Assembly (NCBI GenBank): GCA_028282585.1
Contig: JANQHR010000108.1
Location: 1-33,563 of the forward strand
Direction: 5' to 3'
Length of the DNA stretch: 33,563 nucleotides
Origin: Bacteroidales bacterium
GTDB lineage: Bacteria > Bacteroidota > Bacteroidia > Bacteroidales > UBA12077
Shown one piece after another: positions 1 to 8,773 of the stretch. Position 1 is the stretch's first letter. The number at the start of each line of letters is the position of its first letter. The notes under the pieces are model-generated. The model was not told where the DNA came from and did no database searches. It saw only the letters and a list, made by a program, of their open reading frames with translations. The translations under genes were made by a program, and so were the position numbers.

Positions 1-2
1 CA

Positions 3-551
3 CATCATGCAAACTATGATTTTGGCGAAGGATATTGTATGTTCAACGATATAGCAGTTGCATCTAAATATTTATTAAATAACAAAGAGGTTAATCAGAT
101 TCTTGTGGTTGACTTGGATGTTCATCAAGGTAATGGAACAGCGAACATTTTCAGTAACGAAAGCAGAGTTTTTACTTTTAGTATGCATAGTGAAACCAGT
201 TTTCCTTTAAGAAAAGCAAAGTCAGACCTTGATATTCCTTTAGCTCCGTTAACAGATGATAGTGAATATTTAAGTCTGCTTAATGAACAGTTAATAAAGT
301 TAATTAATATTGTAAAACCGGACTTTATATTTTATCAGTGTGGAGTGGATATTCTTACAAATGACCAATTGGGGCATTTGAATGTAACAAAGGAAGGATG
401 CGCGGAACGAGACAAAATAGTATTAGAAACCGCTCATAAGCATGAAATCCCGCTTACAGCGTCCATGGGGGGCGGTTATGCTGCAAATATTGATGAAATT
501 GTAGATGCACACTGTAATACATATAGAATAGCAAAAGAAATCTATAACTAA
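3..551 (+). CDS. Histone deacetylase family (Zn-dependent amidohydrolase), 5'-truncated by window edge
   Basis: Frame is open upstream of the listed Met: from nt 3 it reads HHANYDFGEGYCMFND (HHA...GxCxFND motif), then DLDVHQGNG, GVD...DQLG and GGGY HDAC motifs. Confidence 0.92.
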   Translation, partial: HHANYDFGEGYCMFNDIAVASKYLLNNKEVNQILVVDLDVHQGNGTANIFSNESRVFTFSMHSETSFPLRKAKSDLDIPLAPLTDDSEYLSLLNEQLIKLINIVKPDFIFYQCGVDILTNDQLGHLNVTKEGCAERDKIVLETAHKHEIPLTASMGGGYAANIDEIVDAHCNTYRIAKEIYN

Positions 552-555
552 AATT

Positions 556-915
556 ATGAAAATTGATAAACAGCAAACTGGCGGTATTATTTTCTTTCAA
601 ACCAAAAAAATAGAGGAGGTTAGTAATTTTTATCTAGAAAAAGTAGGTTGTTCATTATGGCTCGATCAGGGAGGATGTAAAATTTTACAATTTGAGAATA
701 TGCTTTTCGGATTTTGCCAACGTGAAAATGTTGATGACCAAGGAATGATTACTTTTTATTATCCTTCGCAAGAAAAGGTAAACCTAATGTATAAGCAATT
801 AAAAAATATATCTCTTTCTGAACCTAAAGATAATCCTAAATATAGGATTTATCACTTCTATGCAAAAGATCCCGAGGGGCGAAATATTGAGTTTCAGTAC
901 TTCTGGGATGAGTAG
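556..915 (+). CDS. VOC/glyoxalase-like protein
   Basis: 119 aa with FY..KVG near the N-terminus and FYAKDPEGRNIEF at the C-terminus, typical of the vicinal oxygen chelate fold. Confidence 0.8.
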   Translation: MKIDKQQTGGIIFFQTKKIEEVSNFYLEKVGCSLWLDQGGCKILQFENMLFGFCQRENVDDQGMITFYYPSQEKVNLMYKQLKNISLSEPKDNPKYRIYHFYAKDPEGRNIEFQYFWDE

Positions 916-917
916 GT

Positions 918-2102
918 TTAAATAAATTTCATGCTTACTTCTTTCAAAAACTTGTTTTCCAAAGTTTCTGCAATACGACGAACAACCGTTCTTCTTATTT
1001 CAAGTTCGACAGGTAAGTTTGGATCCTGGTGGGCGATATTTACCCTTGTGCCTATTACAAAATGTATTTCATCGCTTTCCTTTAAAAGTTTAACTATTTG
1101 ATCGGCTGGTCCTTTGCCAAGTAAATAATTATTATTATAAACTTTAAGAATTTCGGACACTTTACTAAGCGTAAGAATACCTTCGGTAACCAAGTCTATT
1201 CCTGTCATATAAGCTACTGGAGGAAGGTCGGGATCATGGAACTCAAAGCTGTCTTCAATTTCAAGTTCTAATTCACGTGAAATAATGTCAGCGGTAGTTG
1301 CCCCGCTTAGAATCTTTTTTCCTTCAAAATTCTTAACAACTTCAGCTAGTTTTATATCTCTTTCTTCTTCGTAAGGAGGTCCTGTACAGAGCAGTAATTT
1401 TCTAGGTTCTCTAAAATAAATGGCTGCACAACTGGTATCATCTTTTGCGTGGTAACCATCATTTTGGTAAGCCATATTAACAATTTTTCCAGCCAATTTA
1501 TTTGCAGATATTTCAGGGTTGTTGGCAACTAATCTTTTTGTAAAATCTTCCAGATTATCATGCCCCCAACCAAAAGGATATTTTGCACTTCCCATACCTG
1601 ATTGTGTAATTCCATCGCTGCAAAATATAATTCGATCTTCCTTTTGTGCATGAAAAGTACAGTTTTTTAATATTTTACCAGCATTTTGTTCTCCTTCCAT
1701 AACAACAGTTTGCCACTTAGGATCAAATATCTGATCTTTTCTGATTATTATAGTTTCGGGATTGTCATATTCCAATATATTTGTTTTACCGTCTTCTTCA
1801 ATATCAATTATAGTAAACGTTGAGTAGCTAATGTGTCGCTTGCTGCAAACGGGCAAGGTATTCATAATAATTTCAGCAATACGGTTAACATCTTTATGCT
1901 CCTTAGTGAAATTTAATGCCATGGTCGAGGTAAGTGTAGCTAGCATATTAGCTTTAACTCCGTGCCCCATGCCATCCGATAGAACTACAATGGTCCGTTC
2001 TTCAGCTTTTATTCTTTCTGAAAGAAATACATCACCACAGATCCTTTCACCTTCGTGATTTTTCTGAATGCAGTCAACTTCTATGTAAAACTTATTATCC
2101 AT
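918..2102 (-). CDS. SpoIIE/PP2C-family Ser/Thr phosphatase, HfsC-like
   Basis: Metal-binding motifs CGD, VLSDGMGHG, CSDGI and KDDTS; C-terminal extension (GPP, DLVTEGILTL, NIAHQ) as in hydrogenase-linked phosphatases; lies directly downstream of a hydS-like gene. Confidence 0.9.
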   Translation of the reverse strand: MDNKFYIEVDCIQKNHEGERICGDVFLSERIKAEERTIVVLSDGMGHGVKANMLATLTSTMALNFTKEHKDVNRIAEIIMNTLPVCSKRHISYSTFTIIDIEEDGKTNILEYDNPETIIIRKDQIFDPKWQTVVMEGEQNAGKILKNCTFHAQKEDRIIFCSDGITQSGMGSAKYPFGWGHDNLEDFTKRLVANNPEISANKLAGKIVNMAYQNDGYHAKDDTSCAAIYFREPRKLLLCTGPPYEEERDIKLAEVVKNFEGKKILSGATTADIISRELELEIEDSFEFHDPDLPPVAYMTGIDLVTEGILTLSKVSEILKVYNNNYLLGKGPADQIVKLLKESDEIHFVIGTRVNIAHQDPNLPVELEIRRTVVRRIAETLENKFLKEVSMKFI

Positions 2103-2227
2103 CTTTTATTTTCAAATCCTAAACTGTGAAAAATCGACAATCTTTTGCAATTACTTACCGCATAGTATTTCACGTTTATAACTAATTTACTATTTGGACA
2201 ATTTACGAATACACATTTAAGCCATCA

Positions 2228-4087
2228 TTATTCCTTCTTGCTCATTTTATATAATTCGATTATTGAATTTAGCATCTGCTCAGTTTCCGATGCTCCTTCT
2301 CCTAATAAGAACCCTATCTTTTGCACCATTGCCAGATTTTTATCTATTACATCAGTAACCCTTTTTAGAACTTCTTCTTTTCTAACTTCAGGTGAATACA
2401 TATCTCTAAAAACCGCTCCAAGTATTTTTCCTTTTCTAATTGTAAATATGGATAGATTTAATAGTTTATCTTCAATATGAATATCTCTATTTAATATATT
2501 TTCATTTGATGAGAAAACATGAGAAAACATATTGTAAATATTAAACGGAAGCAGAGTTTTAAGGTCGGCTCCTATTAAACCTGGAATAACTTCATCTATT
2601 GATTTGGCTTCTTCACCTAAGAGTTCTATAAAACTATTGTTGGAATGTATTATTTTTAAGTTTTTATCTAATATTACAACTCCTGACGGTAGTTTCTGAA
2701 GCATTCTGCCAATTGTATCCGAGGCCTCTTTTGCTGCTTCTTTTTCTTTTTGTGCAACCTCTTCAGATTCTTGTAAGGCCTTTTGGGTTTGAGCTAATTT
2801 CTCGTTTGTAGATTTTAATGCCTTGATGTAATCGTGCCTGTTTCTTAGTGAGAATGTTAAACACATATCTACCTTCGCTAATCCTTTAGCTACCGCAACA
2901 GCAAAATCCCGACAGGTATTATATCCGCATGCATTACATCCCAGGTTAGGATTTTTACCTTCTTTCCCAATAGCCTTTAATATTTCATTAATTCTATCTT
3001 CAGAAGGCATTTCGATTCTCTGATTATCATTTATAAAGTTTCTTGAATAATCAAGATTCCAAAATTTATCAATTTCTTCTTGCCACTTTTCTTTATTGAA
3101 GTTTTTAAGTCTTTTATTAGCATAATCAGTTACTCGGGTTCTTCGAATAAATTTTTTCCCGGCTTTAGAGGTTCCGGGCCCCATTAAACAACCTTCACAG
3201 TAATAAAGATTGAAATGTTTCCTAATGGTATCAATATCCTTATGAAACTGCTTTGTAGCATTTAGCATATTTGCCTTACCCTCGGCAGTTATGACTTCAC
3301 CTTCCAGTAAATTTTCGCTAATATTAGCTGCTTGCAACAGGCCATTCGCTATTGGGAATAATGAACCTTTATAACCAATCGGTGGGTCAAATTCAGCAAA
3401 TTCTACTTTACTTTCTTTAATCTTAAATTCATCAAATAACTCGCGTAGTTCATGAAAAGTTAAAACTGAGTCGATTTTTCCATCTCCATCAAATAAGTTA
3501 GCTTCATCCTTACTGTCAATACATGGGCCGATATAAATCACCTTTATATCATTTCCATAAAGTTCTCTTACAATCTTAGATGTTGCAACCATAGGTGAAA
3601 CTAATGGAGCCAGATTTTCAACCAATTCCGGTTGAAATTTTTGAACATGAGAAACAACCACCGGACAAGCCGTTGTTATATAATATTTTCCTTTAAAGTT
3701 TTTAAATAATTCGGCATATTTAAATGCTACGATATCTGCTCCAAATGAAACTTCGTTGACATAATCAAAACCTAGTGATTTAATCATTTGAACAAATTTG
3801 CGGTAATCGGTTATATCATGGAATTCACCTGAAATACTTGGAGCTACGATAGCAACTTTTTTATTTTTCGATTTTAATATCTCCTTTGTAGCTGATTTTG
3901 AATCGCGATATGTTATAGCATTTTCAGGGCATACAGAAGTGCAACTTCCACATCCGATACATCGATCCGGAATTATTCTCGCATAATCTCTGTTAGCTTT
4001 TACCTCTATTGCATTTACAGGGCAAACTCTTACACATGAATAACTTAAGTTACATTTATCTTTTAATATCTCAACTAATGGTTTCAT
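2228..4087 (-). CDS. hydS: Group C (sensory, phosphatase-linked) [FeFe]-hydrogenase with FeS and PAS domains, HydS/HfsB-like
   Basis: N-terminal ferredoxin motifs (CNLSYSCVRVCP, CIGCGSCTSVCP); H-domain motifs APS, TTACP, GPCIDSKDE and NLYYCEGCLMGPG; CNACGYNTC...C FeS domain; coiled coil; PAS (LQKLPSGVVILD...N.SF); C-terminal QKIGFLLGE helix. Confidence 0.85.
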   Translation of the reverse strand: MKPLVEILKDKCNLSYSCVRVCPVNAIEVKANRDYARIIPDRCIGCGSCTSVCPENAITYRDSKSATKEILKSKNKKVAIVAPSISGEFHDITDYRKFVQMIKSLGFDYVNEVSFGADIVAFKYAELFKNFKGKYYITTACPVVVSHVQKFQPELVENLAPLVSPMVATSKIVRELYGNDIKVIYIGPCIDSKDEANLFDGDGKIDSVLTFHELRELFDEFKIKESKVEFAEFDPPIGYKGSLFPIANGLLQAANISENLLEGEVITAEGKANMLNATKQFHKDIDTIRKHFNLYYCEGCLMGPGTSKAGKKFIRRTRVTDYANKRLKNFNKEKWQEEIDKFWNLDYSRNFINDNQRIEMPSEDRINEILKAIGKEGKNPNLGCNACGYNTCRDFAVAVAKGLAKVDMCLTFSLRNRHDYIKALKSTNEKLAQTQKALQESEEVAQKEKEAAKEASDTIGRMLQKLPSGVVILDKNLKIIHSNNSFIELLGEEAKSIDEVIPGLIGADLKTLLPFNIYNMFSHVFSSNENILNRDIHIEDKLLNLSIFTIRKGKILGAVFRDMYSPEVRKEEVLKRVTDVIDKNLAMVQKIGFLLGEGASETEQMLNSIIELYKMSKKE

Positions 4088-4101
4088 ACAATTAATAGAA
4101 A

Positions 4102-4347
4102 TTAATCTTGGGCAAATAGGTTATTTAATAAAAAGATCACATTTTCAGGTGTAATATTCTGATATTCCTTATTATCAACTTTTAAAATTGGACCGTTTGC
4201 ACAATTTCCATAGCAATGATTTCCATGGAAAAAAACTTTATCTTCCAATTGATGTTCCTTTACATAATCTTTAATAATCTTTACAGTATTTTTATTTCCT
4301 CTTGAAAAGCAGGAACTACCCAAACATATTATAATCTCTTTTTTCAT
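4102..4347 (-). CDS. Thioredoxin-like [2Fe-2S] protein (NuoE-like small subunit), HfsA-like
   Basis: CLGSSC...CYGNC..GP (CxxxxC...CxxxC) in 81 aa; first gene of the hfsABC-like operon. Confidence 0.88.
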   Translation of the reverse strand: MKKEIIICLGSSCFSRGNKNTVKIIKDYVKEHQLEDKVFFHGNHCYGNCANGPILKVDNKEYQNITPENVIFLLNNLFAQD

Positions 4348-4535
4348 TTAAAGGTTTTATCAAAATTCCAGATACAATATTTTTCTTGCAAGATAGCTAA
4401 AATTATGATTGTTGCTGTAAAATATGATAGTATGTTATAAAATATGTAAATATGTGGATTTATTTAATATATTCGATTTGTATGATAATGTGTTTATTAT
4501 TAGATAGTTGTTGTTTTATTGGCTTTGCTATCGTA

Positions 4536-4570
4536 TTGTTAATAAAATAACAGTGTTCCAAAATTAACAA
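4536..4570. promoter_or_regulatory. Tandem Rex-type operators
   Basis: TTGTTAA-TAAA-ATAACAG (4536-4553) and GTGTTCC-AAAA-TTAACAA (4553-4570) resemble TTGT(G/T)AA-N4-TT(C/A)ACAA; rex is in the downstream operon. Confidence 0.7.
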
Positions 4571-4578
4571 TAAATGAT

Positions 4579-4586
4579 TATATTTG
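4579..4586 (+). promoter_or_regulatory. Bacteroidota sigma-70 -7 element for the hydCBA operon
   Basis: TATATTTG matches TAnnTTTG exactly, 30 nt upstream of the ATG at 4617. Confidence 0.65.
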
Positions 4587-4616
4587 CATCAATAGTTCTT
4601 AAATAAAAAATGGTTT

Positions 4617-5078
4617 ATGTCACGTTTAGATGAAATACTGGAAAAGTATCCATTTGTTCAAAGAGATAATCTTATTCCAATATTACAAGACATTCAGGAT
4701 GAGTTTGGATGCTTGACTGAAGAGGCCATTGTGAAAGTGGGGAAATATTTAAACCTACCAACAGCCAAAATATTCGGTTTGGCAAGTTTTTATAATCATT
4801 TTCGATTTGTAAAGAAGGGTAAATATCATATTAAAGTTTGTAATGGAACTTCTTGTCATGCTTACGGAAATACTTTAATCTTAAATGAGCTCGAAAAGAA
4901 ACTTGAGATAAAAAGTGATGAAGTAACTAAGGATGGTAATTTTAGTATTGAAGAATCAACATGTATGGCTTCATGCGGTAATGGACCTGTAGTTTCTGTT
5001 AATGAAAGATATTATACAAATGTAGATATCGAAAAGCTTGTTGAAATAATTGATTATTATAAAGGTTTGGAAGAATAA
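4617..5078 (+). CDS. hydC: NuoE-like [2Fe-2S] subunit of a HydABC-type hydrogenase (HydC/HndA-like)
   Basis: LIPILQDIQ helix, ASFYNHF, and CNGTSC...CMASC..GPV [2Fe-2S] ligands. Confidence 0.9.
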   Translation: MSRLDEILEKYPFVQRDNLIPILQDIQDEFGCLTEEAIVKVGKYLNLPTAKIFGLASFYNHFRFVKKGKYHIKVCNGTSCHAYGNTLILNELEKKLEIKSDEVTKDGNFSIEESTCMASCGNGPVVSVNERYYTNVDIEKLVEIIDYYKGLEE

Positions 5079-5081
5079 ATT

Positions 5082-7028
5082 ATGTCTCAAGATAGTATTA
5101 AATATAAAGAGTTCTTGATATCTAATGTACTTAAGGCAAAGGAAGAAATTCAAGATAAAAATGTTTTAAACACGCTACAATTTTTACAGCGTAAAAGAAT
5201 TGAAAAACCAATTATTACAATATGTATAAGTTCGTCTTCAATAGTAACAGACGTTTATTATTTAAAAGAAAATATTGAGGAATACCTTATTGAAAGAGAT
5301 ATAGACGCAGAATTAATTCCGGTTGGAAGCATTGGCTTATGTAGCTTAGAAGTTATTTTATCGGTTCAGTTACCTGGTAAAACACAGCTTTTCTATAAAC
5401 AGGTATCACCTGAAAATATTATTTCAATTCTTGATGGAACATTTAACAATTTTATTCAAGAAGAAAATGTATTAGGACAACAAAGAAATGAACTGCAAGA
5501 TCCATGGGAAAATGTACCATTTTTGGATGAGCTTGCTTATTTTAAAAATCAACAAAGATTAGTACTGAATAATTGTGGATTTGTTAATCCCGAATCTATT
5601 GAAGAATATATTGCACAGGGTGGATATAAATCTTTTTATAGCGCTATAAATTTTCATACCCCGGAAGAGATTTGTGATATAATTGAGAATAGCGGACTTC
5701 GTGGGCGTGGAGGAGAAGGTTTTTCTACAGGAAAAAAATGGAAAATTGCTTATCAAACACCTAGTGATCAGAAATATCTGATTTGTAATGCAGGGGAAAG
5801 TGATCCTGGGGCATTTATGGAACGTTTACTTATGGAAAGTGACCCTCACAAATTAATTGAAGGAATTGCCATTTCTGCTTATGCGATTGGAGCACAAAAA
5901 GCTTATATATATATTGAATCAGAATATGAACTTTCAATCGAAAGAATAAAAAATGCAATTATACAGGCAAAGCAATATGGAATTCTAGGTCACGATATAT
6001 TTGAAAGTGGATATAATTTTGAAGTTATAATAAAGAAAGGGGCAGGAGCTTACGTTTGTGGAGAAGAAACTGCTTTAATCAGTAGTTTGGAAGGTAAACG
6101 TGGAAAACCGCATTCTAAACCGCCGTATCCGGCAGTTCAAGGATTATATAACCAACCAACGGTTGTAAACAACGTTGAGACGCTTGTAAACATTCCAGTT
6201 ATCATAGAAAAAGGTGCTGAATGGTTTAGTTCAGTTGGGACAAAAGAAAGCAAAGGAACCAAAGTATTTTCCGTATCGGGGAAGGTAGATCTGAATTGTC
6301 TTGCAGAGGTTGAAATGGGAACCAAATTGAGAGATGTAATTTTCAGGGTTGCCGGGGGAATGAAAAATGGAAAACGATTTAAAGCAGCCCATATTGGAGG
6401 ACCATCCGGAGGTAGCTTAGCAGAAAATCATCTTGATACAATTATTGATTATGAGTCGGTAATGTTAACAGGAGTTTCTCTGGGATCAGCAGGAATAGTT
6501 GTTTTGGATGAAGATAACTGTGTTATTGATATGGTAAAATATTTCATGAATTTCATGAAAAAGGAAAGCTGTGGAATTTGTATACCTTGTAGAGAAGGAA
6601 CAAGAAGAATGCATGAAATACTTGAGAACATTAGTAAACGTCCGGTTGATGAAAACGGACATACAACTTTACAGCGCTTTAAAGGAGTAATGCAACTGGA
6701 GAGTCTGGCTGAAGTTCTAAAAGATACATCAATGTGTGGATTAGGCCGTAAAGCATCTAATCCGGTATTAAGCACGTTAAAATGGTTCAGAGAAGAATAT
6801 GAGGATCATATTTTTGAGCGTAAATGTGAAGCAGGAATATGTCAGGAGTTAAGAACATTTGAAATAGATGTGGAAGCTTGTACAGGATGTACTCTATGTG
6901 CTAAAAAATGTCCTACCGGGGCTATTTTTGGTACAGCCAGAAATGCTCATTTCGTTGTTCAGGATAAATGTATAGGATGCGGAATTTGTTTCGAAACTTG
7001 TAAGTTTTCTGCGGTAATAAGTAAATAG
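5082..7028 (+). CDS. hydB: NuoF-like FMN/NADH subunit of a HydABC-type hydrogenase (HydB/HndC-like), divergent
   Basis: SGLRGRGG, CNAGESDPGAFM, YVCGEETALISSLEG, GGPSG, ESCGICIPCREG...MCGLG, HIFERKCEAGIC and two C-terminal CxxCxxCxxxC motifs. Confidence 0.9.
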   Translation: MSQDSIKYKEFLISNVLKAKEEIQDKNVLNTLQFLQRKRIEKPIITICISSSSIVTDVYYLKENIEEYLIERDIDAELIPVGSIGLCSLEVILSVQLPGKTQLFYKQVSPENIISILDGTFNNFIQEENVLGQQRNELQDPWENVPFLDELAYFKNQQRLVLNNCGFVNPESIEEYIAQGGYKSFYSAINFHTPEEICDIIENSGLRGRGGEGFSTGKKWKIAYQTPSDQKYLICNAGESDPGAFMERLLMESDPHKLIEGIAISAYAIGAQKAYIYIESEYELSIERIKNAIIQAKQYGILGHDIFESGYNFEVIIKKGAGAYVCGEETALISSLEGKRGKPHSKPPYPAVQGLYNQPTVVNNVETLVNIPVIIEKGAEWFSSVGTKESKGTKVFSVSGKVDLNCLAEVEMGTKLRDVIFRVAGGMKNGKRFKAAHIGGPSGGSLAENHLDTIIDYESVMLTGVSLGSAGIVVLDEDNCVIDMVKYFMNFMKKESCGICIPCREGTRRMHEILENISKRPVDENGHTTLQRFKGVMQLESLAEVLKDTSMCGLGRKASNPVLSTLKWFREEYEDHIFERKCEAGICQELRTFEIDVEACTGCTLCAKKCPTGAIFGTARNAHFVVQDKCIGCGICFETCKFSAVISK

Positions 7029-7037
7029 TCAAGAGTT

Positions 7038-8762
7038 ATGCCAATCGAAATAGAGGTAAATAATAAAAAAATACAAGCTAAAAAAGGTGAAACAGTTTTA
7101 GAAGTTTTAAACAGAGGTGGCATAAAGGTGCCGACTCTATGCAGAATGGAGGGATTTTCAGCTACAGGAGCTTGCAGAATGTGTGTGGTTGAGGTTGAAG
7201 GCAAATCAGATTTAATTCCATCGTGTTCTTATCCAATCGAAAAATCCTTAAAGATAAGAACGCACACCCCCCGGGTAATTAAGGCAAGAAAAATGCTTGT
7301 TGAACTGCTTCTTTCAAATCATCCTGATGATTGTTTATATTGTTCAAGTAATAGTAATTGTGAACTTCAGGATATGGCAGTTGAACTTAATATTCGAGAG
7401 AGAAGAATCTCAGGAGAAAAAACAAAAGCCAATATAGACCAATCGAGTCCGGGAATTGTTAGGGATCCGGCTAAGTGCATTTTATGTGGCCGTTGTGTTA
7501 GAGTATGCGAAGAAGTTCTTGGAGTTTCTACCTTTGATTTTAAAAAGCGGGGTCATAAAACTGGTATTGCAACCAGTATGGATAAGGACCTAAACTTTTC
7601 GAATTGCGTTCATTGCGGACAATGTTTAGTAGTTTGCCCAACAGGTTCTTTATATGAGAAAACAAATATTGATGTGGTCCAACAAATGTTGAACAATAGA
7701 GATATTGAAGTAATTGTTCAATATTCTCCAAGTATTGCTATTTCTATTGCAGATGAGTTGGGGTTACGTCCCGGGAAAGACTTAAACGGAATTTTAAATG
7801 CAGTTCTGAGGAGAATGGGTTTCAGTAAAATTTTTGATACTTCTTTTGCTGCGGATATTGCAATTTTTGAGCAAGCTGCAGAATTAGCCGATAGGATTAA
7901 AAATGAAGAAAATATCCCAATGATAAGCAGTTGCTGCCCGGCATGGATTAAGCATATGGAGCAATCATTCCCTGATATGACGGATCATGTTTCGACAACA
8001 AAATCACCACAACAAGTTTTAGGAGCTTTGATTAAGACTTATTATGCTGATAAAGAGGATATTTCTCCTGAAAAGATTTTCTCAGTATCAATTATGCCAT
8101 GTACCGCAAAAAAATTCGAATCGCAACGTGAAGAAATGACGCAGCGTGGAATTTCCGACATAGATGCAGTATTAACTACTCGTGAACTATTGAAATTAAT
8201 CAGACTTTATGGTATAGATGTACATTCTATTGATGAAGAAATATCAGATAATCCATTTAATACAAGAAGCTCGGCTTCTAAATTAGTTTCAGTTTCAGGA
8301 GGACTATCAGAGAGTGTGGCAAGAACGTTATGTTACCATTTAACGGGTAAAGAATTACCAGATCTTAAAATTACAAAACTTAGAGGAACAAAAGAGTTTC
8401 GCAAGACTGATATTAAGGTAGGAAAGCATAATGTCGGCTTTGCTGTAATTAATGGACTGGGAGCGGCTAGTAACTTGATATCAGATATTAGAGAAGGTAA
8501 AAGTAAGGTTCAATTTATTGAAATTATGGCTTGTCCGGGAGGATGTATTAATGGAGGAGGACAGCCCTATGATACCGATGAGAAATCATTAAAGAACAGA
8601 TCAAAGGCTATATATGACCTGGATGAAAAAGAAGCTATTAAAGTAGCCCATAAAAACCCTAATTTAATTAATTTATACAAAGAGTTTTTAGGAGAACCTT
8701 TCGGAGAAAAGGCTGTTAAATTATTGCATACCAGCTATAAAAAACGTGATGTTTTATTATAA
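7038..8762 (+). CDS. hydA: Group A3-like [FeFe]-hydrogenase large subunit (HydA/HndD-like), divergent active site
   Basis: [2Fe-2S] (C...GACRMC...SC), His-ligated [4Fe-4S] (HPDDCLYCSSNSNC), 2x[4Fe-4S]; H-cluster motifs SSCCPAW, MPCTAKKFE and EIMACPGGCINGGG; C-terminal LLHTSY. Confidence 0.92.
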   Translation: MPIEIEVNNKKIQAKKGETVLEVLNRGGIKVPTLCRMEGFSATGACRMCVVEVEGKSDLIPSCSYPIEKSLKIRTHTPRVIKARKMLVELLLSNHPDDCLYCSSNSNCELQDMAVELNIRERRISGEKTKANIDQSSPGIVRDPAKCILCGRCVRVCEEVLGVSTFDFKKRGHKTGIATSMDKDLNFSNCVHCGQCLVVCPTGSLYEKTNIDVVQQMLNNRDIEVIVQYSPSIAISIADELGLRPGKDLNGILNAVLRRMGFSKIFDTSFAADIAIFEQAAELADRIKNEENIPMISSCCPAWIKHMEQSFPDMTDHVSTTKSPQQVLGALIKTYYADKEDISPEKIFSVSIMPCTAKKFESQREEMTQRGISDIDAVLTTRELLKLIRLYGIDVHSIDEEISDNPFNTRSSASKLVSVSGGLSESVARTLCYHLTGKELPDLKITKLRGTKEFRKTDIKVGKHNVGFAVINGLGAASNLISDIREGKSKVQFIEIMACPGGCINGGGQPYDTDEKSLKNRSKAIYDLDEKEAIKVAHKNPNLINLYKEFLGEPFGEKAVKLLHTSYKKRDVLL

Positions 8763-8773
8763 AACTTAGTGAA

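Noticed and set aside
2174-2208. Weak 8-nt periodicity (AATTTACT ATTTGGAC AATTTACG) between hydS and the phosphatase
   Set aside because: Only about three degenerate units in AT-rich DNA, not distinguishable from chance.
4617-8762. Annotation as respiratory complex I nuoEFG or formate dehydrogenase
   Set aside because: The third subunit has all three H-cluster motifs and no molybdopterin domain, and no membrane nuo genes are adjacent.
5082-8762. hydB/hydA as pseudogenes
   Set aside because: Both are full-length with no frameshift or stop, and nearly all FeS ligands are intact; the substitutions noticed cluster at functional loops.
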